From assembly GCA_949291555.1 (NCBI GenBank), contig CASEWE010000009.1, positions 111,349-175,348 on the forward strand: DNA of 64,000 nucleotides, read 5' to 3'. A model generated the notes under the pieces. It did not search any database, was not told the DNA's origin, and saw nothing but the letters and a program-made list of their open reading frames with translations. The position numbers and the translations under genes were made by a program. Shown one piece after another: positions 59,880-64,000 of the stretch. The stretch comes from an uncultured Bacteroidales bacterium. Lineage in GTDB: Bacteria > Bacteroidota > Bacteroidia > Bacteroidales > P3. Position 1 is the first letter of the stretch. The number at the start of each line of letters is the position of its first letter.

Positions 59880-60593
59880 ATGAAAAATAGCGTATCTGTG
59901 CCGTTCCTGAGGCCGCTTTTCTTTCTGTTGATGTTTTTTCCGGCTTTTGCCTGGCCCGGCCGCGTTGCCGCGCTGAGCCGGAGCAACGGGGCTTTCCCCG
60001 CAGTAGGGCAATTCGGTTCCTGGGCCGCGGACCGGGGGTGGAGTGCCGGATTTTCGGCTGCCTGTCCGGTTTCGGCCGGCAAAGGGGCAATGGCCATCGG
60101 GCCGGAACCCCGGGCGGCGGAAGGGACAGGGAAGTCTTCCCGCTCCGATAGGAAAGCCTGGATTCCGATGGTGCTTGCCGACAAGACTTTCGGCTTGGAA
60201 GTGGAGCGCATGTTCATTCCGCAGGGGGTCAAGCCCTTGCGGGACGCTTGGCTTTTTCTGGTACGGGAAGGGAGAGTCCAGGCCGAATTGCCGTACGTGG
60301 GCCGGTTCTCTTCGCCCAACCTTTCCATTGCCCATCGGCAGCTGGTGGATATAGACGGCTTGCTTTTCGACTACCAGGTCGACACCTTGCGCCGGGGCGC
60401 GTACCGGGTCAAATTCAAGGTGCAGCAAGTGGGCGAGACTTTCGAAGCGGAAATGCGCATCGGAAGGGATGCCTACACGACGCTTTATCTCCGAAGCGGC
60501 ATGCGCAGCGAGATACGGTATTCGGGAATGCTGAAAATCGTTCCGGGCTGGGAACCGCGGGAGGCGAAGCCCGCGGACGGGCCCGAACGATGA
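59880..60593 (+). CDS. secreted DUF4251-like protein
   Basis: 237 aa from ATG 59880 with a signal peptide. AELPYVGRFSS...LLFDYQVDTLRRGAYRVKFKV...TLYLRSGMRSEIRYSGML resembles the DUF4251 pattern (LPYFGR...isY.G), from memory. Confidence 0.55.
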   Translation: MKNSVSVPFLRPLFFLLMFFPAFAWPGRVAALSRSNGAFPAVGQFGSWAADRGWSAGFSAACPVSAGKGAMAIGPEPRAAEGTGKSSRSDRKAWIPMVLADKTFGLEVERMFIPQGVKPLRDAWLFLVREGRVQAELPYVGRFSSPNLSIAHRQLVDIDGLLFDYQVDTLRRGAYRVKFKVQQVGETFEAEMRIGRDAYTTLYLRSGMRSEIRYSGMLKIVPGWEPREAKPADGPER

Positions 60594-60634
60594 TTTAAAA
60601 CGGTTTCTTAAACTTTTTTAAACATATTTTTCCC

Positions 60635-60642
60635 TACCTTTG
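60635..60642 (+). promoter_or_regulatory. Bacteroidota -7 promoter box TACCTTTG
   Basis: 38-45 nt upstream of ATG 60680, with AT-rich upstream flank. Confidence 0.45.
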
Positions 60643-60679
60643 CTTCCTTGCTTTTGTTTGACATTTTAATTGTTTTTGT

Positions 60680-63436
60680 ATGAGATATTTGATTACTTCC
60701 TTCCTTTTCCTTTTCTCCCTGGCGTTCTCTTTTGCCCAGCGGCAGGCGGAGGGGACGGTATTGGACAGCCGCAGCCGGCAGCCTATCGCCGGGGCCCGGG
60801 TTTCGGCCGGGACGGAGCAGGTGGAAGCCAAGGCCGATGGGACGTTTTCCATCGGGAACCTGCCGGAGAAAGGCAAGATAACCCTTACGGTTTCGGCAAC
60901 CGGGTATGAAACCAAGGTGTTCAATGTGACGGATTTTTCCGGCGGGCGTTACGCGCTTGCCGAGAACACGGGCATATCCGACGATTTTGCCTTGATGGAG
61001 CTCGATGCCGATGAAGACATGGGTTACGGAGGGCAGTCGGTGGGCGGCTTGCTGACCCGCTCGGAAGACGTGTTCGACCGGAATGCCGGTTACAATCTCA
61101 GTTTCGCTTATTTCCGTCCGCGGGGCTACGACAATGAAAACAATACGGTTTACGTGAACGGGGCCTTGATGAACGATCCCGAAAACGGGCGGGCTTCCTG
61201 GTCGGAATGGGGCGGGCTCAACGACGCGACCCGGAACAAGGAATTGGTGAGCGGCCTGAACCTGAACAATTTCGGTTTCGGGAATATCGGCGGGGAGCAA
61301 GACATCAACATGCGGGCCACGTCCATGCCCAGGCAGCACAAGTTCACTTATTCCATCACCAACCGGACATATACCAACCGCCTCATGTACACCTACGGTT
61401 CGGGGCTTCTCCGCAACGGCTGGGCTTTTTCGGCAAGCATCTCGCGCCGCTGGGGCAACGGGCTGGTGTACAATCCGGTCACGAAAGTCCGCGAACCGGG
61501 CTTCACGCCGGAATACACCCGGAAGCTGGCCAGCAAGGGCGGCGTCCCGGACGGGCTGATGTACGACGGATGGGGGTATTATTTCTCTTTCGGGAAACGT
61601 GTCGGGCGGAGCGGCCACACCCTCAATTTCGTGGCTTTCGGATCGCCCACCAAACGTGCCATGCAGGGCGGTTCCTACCAGGAGGTTTACGATTTGGTCG
61701 GCACGCCCTACTACAACGGGAACTGGGGATACCAGAACGGGGAAATCCGCACGGCGCGTGTCCGCCAGATGTTTTTGCCCACGTTCCAGTTCGTTTGGGA
61801 TTACGAATCCGAAAAGACCACGGTGACCACGGTGGCCAGCCACCAGTTCGGGCGTTACGGCACCACGGCCTTGAACTGGTACGATGCGCCCGACCCGCGT
61901 CCGGATTATTACCGTTACCTGCCTTCTTACTACGAAGACCCGGCAACGGCAGCCTTCATTGCCGACCTCTGGCGCAACGACCCGTCCAAGAGCCAGGTGA
62001 ATTGGGATAACCTTTATCAGGTGAATTACACGCAAAAGGCCATCGGCGCGCAGTCCAAGTACGTGATCGAGGATCGCCGGAACGATGTGAACGATTTCAA
62101 CCTGAGTTCGGTGGCCAATCATCGGTTTTCCGACCATTTCCGCTTGAACGGAGGGGCCCGGATCCGGAACAGCATCACCCGCAATTTCAAAGTAATGGAC
62201 GATTTGCTGGGCGGGGAATACTGGCTGGACATAGACCAGTTCGCCGAGCGGGACTTCTCCTCCGATGCGCAGGAAATCCAGAACGATTTGGACAATCCCA
62301 ACCGGATTATCCATGAGGGCGACATTTACGGGTACAATTACGACATGCACCTTGTCTACGGGCAGCTGTTCGCTTTGGCCAATTTCGAATACCCGCATTG
62401 GGATTACTATGCCGGAGCCGAATTGTCCACTTCGAATTTCTGGCGCTACGGCCGCATGCGCAATGGCCGGGCTCCCGACAATTCCAAAGGGAAAGGCGAT
62501 GTGCATAGCTTTTTCAACTATGGCTTGAAAACCGGGGTCACTTGGAAGATAAACGGTCGGAACTACATTTTTGCCAATGTGATGTGGAAGACCCGCGCGC
62601 CTTATATCCGCGATGCTTACATTTCCCCGCGCATCAAGGACCAAGTGGCTTCCAACCTTGTCAATGAGAAGATTTTCTCGGCCGATCTCAATTACGTGAT
62701 CAAGACGCCCGTGGTTTCCGGCCGTTTCACTTTGTACCATACCATGTTTTTCGACGGGATGGAATCGTTCAGCTTCTATCACGACGACTACCGCACGTTC
62801 GTCAACTATACGCTCAGCAATGTCGACCAAGTGCACCAAGGCGTGGAATTGGGCATCGATGTGAAGATTATTCCCCAATTGAGCGCCACTTTGATCGGGA
62901 ATATCGGCAATTACCGTTACACCAACCGTCCAACGGCCACGGTTTCGGCCGAAAACGGGGCTTTTGCCGACAGGACGAACACCATTTATTACGAGAATTA
63001 TTATGTGACGGGCACGCCTCAGCTGGCCGGTTCGCTGGGTCTGAACTATCAGGCCCCGTTCAACATCTACTTGAATGCCAACTTGAATTACGTGAATTGG
63101 AACTATCTGAGCATGAATCCGGAACGCCGCAGCCAGGCTGCCATCGTGGGGGTTTCGCAGGACAATACCGCCTTGCTCGATGCCATCCTGGACGAAGAGA
63201 TGCTTCAGGGCGGATTCACGCTGGATATTTCGGTGGGCAAGGTGTTCCGCTTCAACGGATGGCAATTGAATCTGAACGCTTCGGTGCAGAACGTCACCAA
63301 CAACCGCAATATCAAGACGGGAGGTTACGAGCAGCGCAGGTTCGACTATGCCGAGCATGATGTGGACAAATACCCGCCGCGCTATTTCTATGCCTACGGG
63401 ACCACTTTCTTTATCAATGCCAGTGTGCGTTTCTAA
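60680..63436 (+). CDS. TonB-dependent receptor with N-terminal CarboxypepD_reg domain
   Basis: 918 aa with a signal peptide. GTVLDSRSRQPIAGARV...GTFSIGNL (CarboxypepD_reg), plug region, long beta-barrel and terminal aromatic residue (...NASVRF). Confidence 0.9.
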   Translation: MRYLITSFLFLFSLAFSFAQRQAEGTVLDSRSRQPIAGARVSAGTEQVEAKADGTFSIGNLPEKGKITLTVSATGYETKVFNVTDFSGGRYALAENTGISDDFALMELDADEDMGYGGQSVGGLLTRSEDVFDRNAGYNLSFAYFRPRGYDNENNTVYVNGALMNDPENGRASWSEWGGLNDATRNKELVSGLNLNNFGFGNIGGEQDINMRATSMPRQHKFTYSITNRTYTNRLMYTYGSGLLRNGWAFSASISRRWGNGLVYNPVTKVREPGFTPEYTRKLASKGGVPDGLMYDGWGYYFSFGKRVGRSGHTLNFVAFGSPTKRAMQGGSYQEVYDLVGTPYYNGNWGYQNGEIRTARVRQMFLPTFQFVWDYESEKTTVTTVASHQFGRYGTTALNWYDAPDPRPDYYRYLPSYYEDPATAAFIADLWRNDPSKSQVNWDNLYQVNYTQKAIGAQSKYVIEDRRNDVNDFNLSSVANHRFSDHFRLNGGARIRNSITRNFKVMDDLLGGEYWLDIDQFAERDFSSDAQEIQNDLDNPNRIIHEGDIYGYNYDMHLVYGQLFALANFEYPHWDYYAGAELSTSNFWRYGRMRNGRAPDNSKGKGDVHSFFNYGLKTGVTWKINGRNYIFANVMWKTRAPYIRDAYISPRIKDQVASNLVNEKIFSADLNYVIKTPVVSGRFTLYHTMFFDGMESFSFYHDDYRTFVNYTLSNVDQVHQGVELGIDVKIIPQLSATLIGNIGNYRYTNRPTATVSAENGAFADRTNTIYYENYYVTGTPQLAGSLGLNYQAPFNIYLNANLNYVNWNYLSMNPERRSQAAIVGVSQDNTALLDAILDEEMLQGGFTLDISVGKVFRFNGWQLNLNASVQNVTNNRNIKTGGYEQRRFDYAEHDVDKYPPRYFYAYGTTFFINASVRF

Positions 63437-63445
63437 CTTAAAACC

Positions 63446-64000
63446 ATGAAAGCCATGAAAAAAATGCGATACTTGATGCTTCTTCCGGCCCTTTTCGCCG
63501 CGGGCACGCTGGCTGTTTCCTGCACGGGCGAACGCGACATGCCCGAACCGCCGTCCACGGACTTGCAAGCCAATATCACCATCGAGGATTTGATAGACCG
63601 TTACCGGGGGGTGGATTACGCGGCAATCGACACGGCTTTGTACATCGAGGGCGTGGTAACGGCCAACGATGTTGCTGGAACAATCTACAAGAAGATTTTC
63701 GTGCAGGATTCCACGGCGGGAATCGACATAGAAATCGAGATGACCAACAACAACCACAAGTACCCGGTCGGACAGCGTTTGGTGATTGCTTTGGACGGGC
63801 TGGCTTTCGGCCGTTACGGCGGGCAGCCCCAAATCGGGGGGCAAGGAGGGGTAGAGACGGTACGTCTGTACGAGCCCGAGTGCGACGAGCATTTTTTCCG
63901 CAAGGGCTATGCCTCTTCGGCCTTGGTTCCCGACCCGGTGGTTCTGAGCCTGAAGGATGCCAATAGCAGGAAAATGACCTATTGCGGGATGCTGATCCGC
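63446..64000 (+). CDS. lipoprotein, DUF5689-like (OB-fold-like N-terminal domain), 3' partial
   Basis: Not in the ORF track because it runs off the window. My own translation from ATG 63446 gives MKAMKKMRYLMLLPALFAAGTLAVSC (lipobox), then ITIEDLIDRYRG...LYIEGVVTANDVAGTIYKKIFVQDSTAGIDIEI...YPVGQRLVIALDGLAFGRYGGQPQIG. Starts 9 nt after the receptor stop. Confidence 0.65.
   Translation, partial: MKAMKKMRYLMLLPALFAAGTLAVSCTGERDMPEPPSTDLQANITIEDLIDRYRGVDYAAIDTALYIEGVVTANDVAGTIYKKIFVQDSTAGIDIEIEMTNNNHKYPVGQRLVIALDGLAFGRYGGQPQIGGQGGVETVRLYEPECDEHFFRKGYASSALVPDPVVLSLKDANSRKMTYCGMLIR

Noticed and set aside
60608-63892. 1094-aa - strand ORF
   Set aside because: Antisense shadow of the TonB-dependent receptor and the downstream lipoprotein gene. 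It also crosses their intergenic gap, which a real gene with those neighbours would not.

Overview
GC-rich (by eye, not computed) Bacteroidota-type chromosomal segment. Evidence for the phylum: TAnnTTTG -7 promoter boxes, a T9SS C-terminal sorting domain, and CarboxypepD_reg-type TonB-dependent receptors. Gene content resembles Bacteroidales such as Rikenellaceae/Alistipes, but that is inference only. I support about 45 protein genes. I found no rRNA/tRNA, no CRISPR, and no transposase, integrase, phage or recognisable defence genes. Layout: (1) 1-17.6 kb is a 15-gene + strand operon with overlapping stops and starts. It is an aryl-polyene/flexirubin-like type II FAS/PKS lipid cluster, cut by the window edge: radical SAM, 2 hotdog dehydratases, thioesterase, 2 KS plus a Cys-less KS-like protein, ACP, deacetylase, LolA-like carrier, GT2, an MMPL-acyltransferase-methyltransferase fusion, CrtI-like oxidoreductase, C45 acyltransferase-like protein and a PaaK-like ligase. 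(2) 17.8-33.2 kb holds two secreted proteins followed by housekeeping genes: GNAT, gcvP, rhomboid, mutL, ddl, ccsA/resB-like, ribE, class III aminotransferase. (3) 33.3-37.2 kb is a compact five-gene - strand operon: membrane-anchored protein, TM-extended YidD-like protein, SPFH/YdjI-like protein with a GYF-like tail, polytopic membrane protein, and zinc-ribbon-TPR protein. This is my best candidate for an undescribed membrane-associated system. (4) 37.7-50.5 kb holds a DUF4190/DUF2752-like pair, MATE, purC, nitroreductase, a ~1400-aa T9SS cargo protein and PFOR (nifJ). (5) 51-64 kb holds outer-membrane and uptake genes (one beta-barrel receptor split by an in-frame TAA), pepC, a secreted EEP nuclease/phosphatase, a CoA-transferase, and a TonB-dependent receptor with a DUF5689-like lipoprotein. 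Many very long ORFs in the track (up to 1359 aa) are antisense shadows of real GC3-rich genes and were rejected. All family names were recognised by eye from motifs and need HMM/BLAST confirmation.
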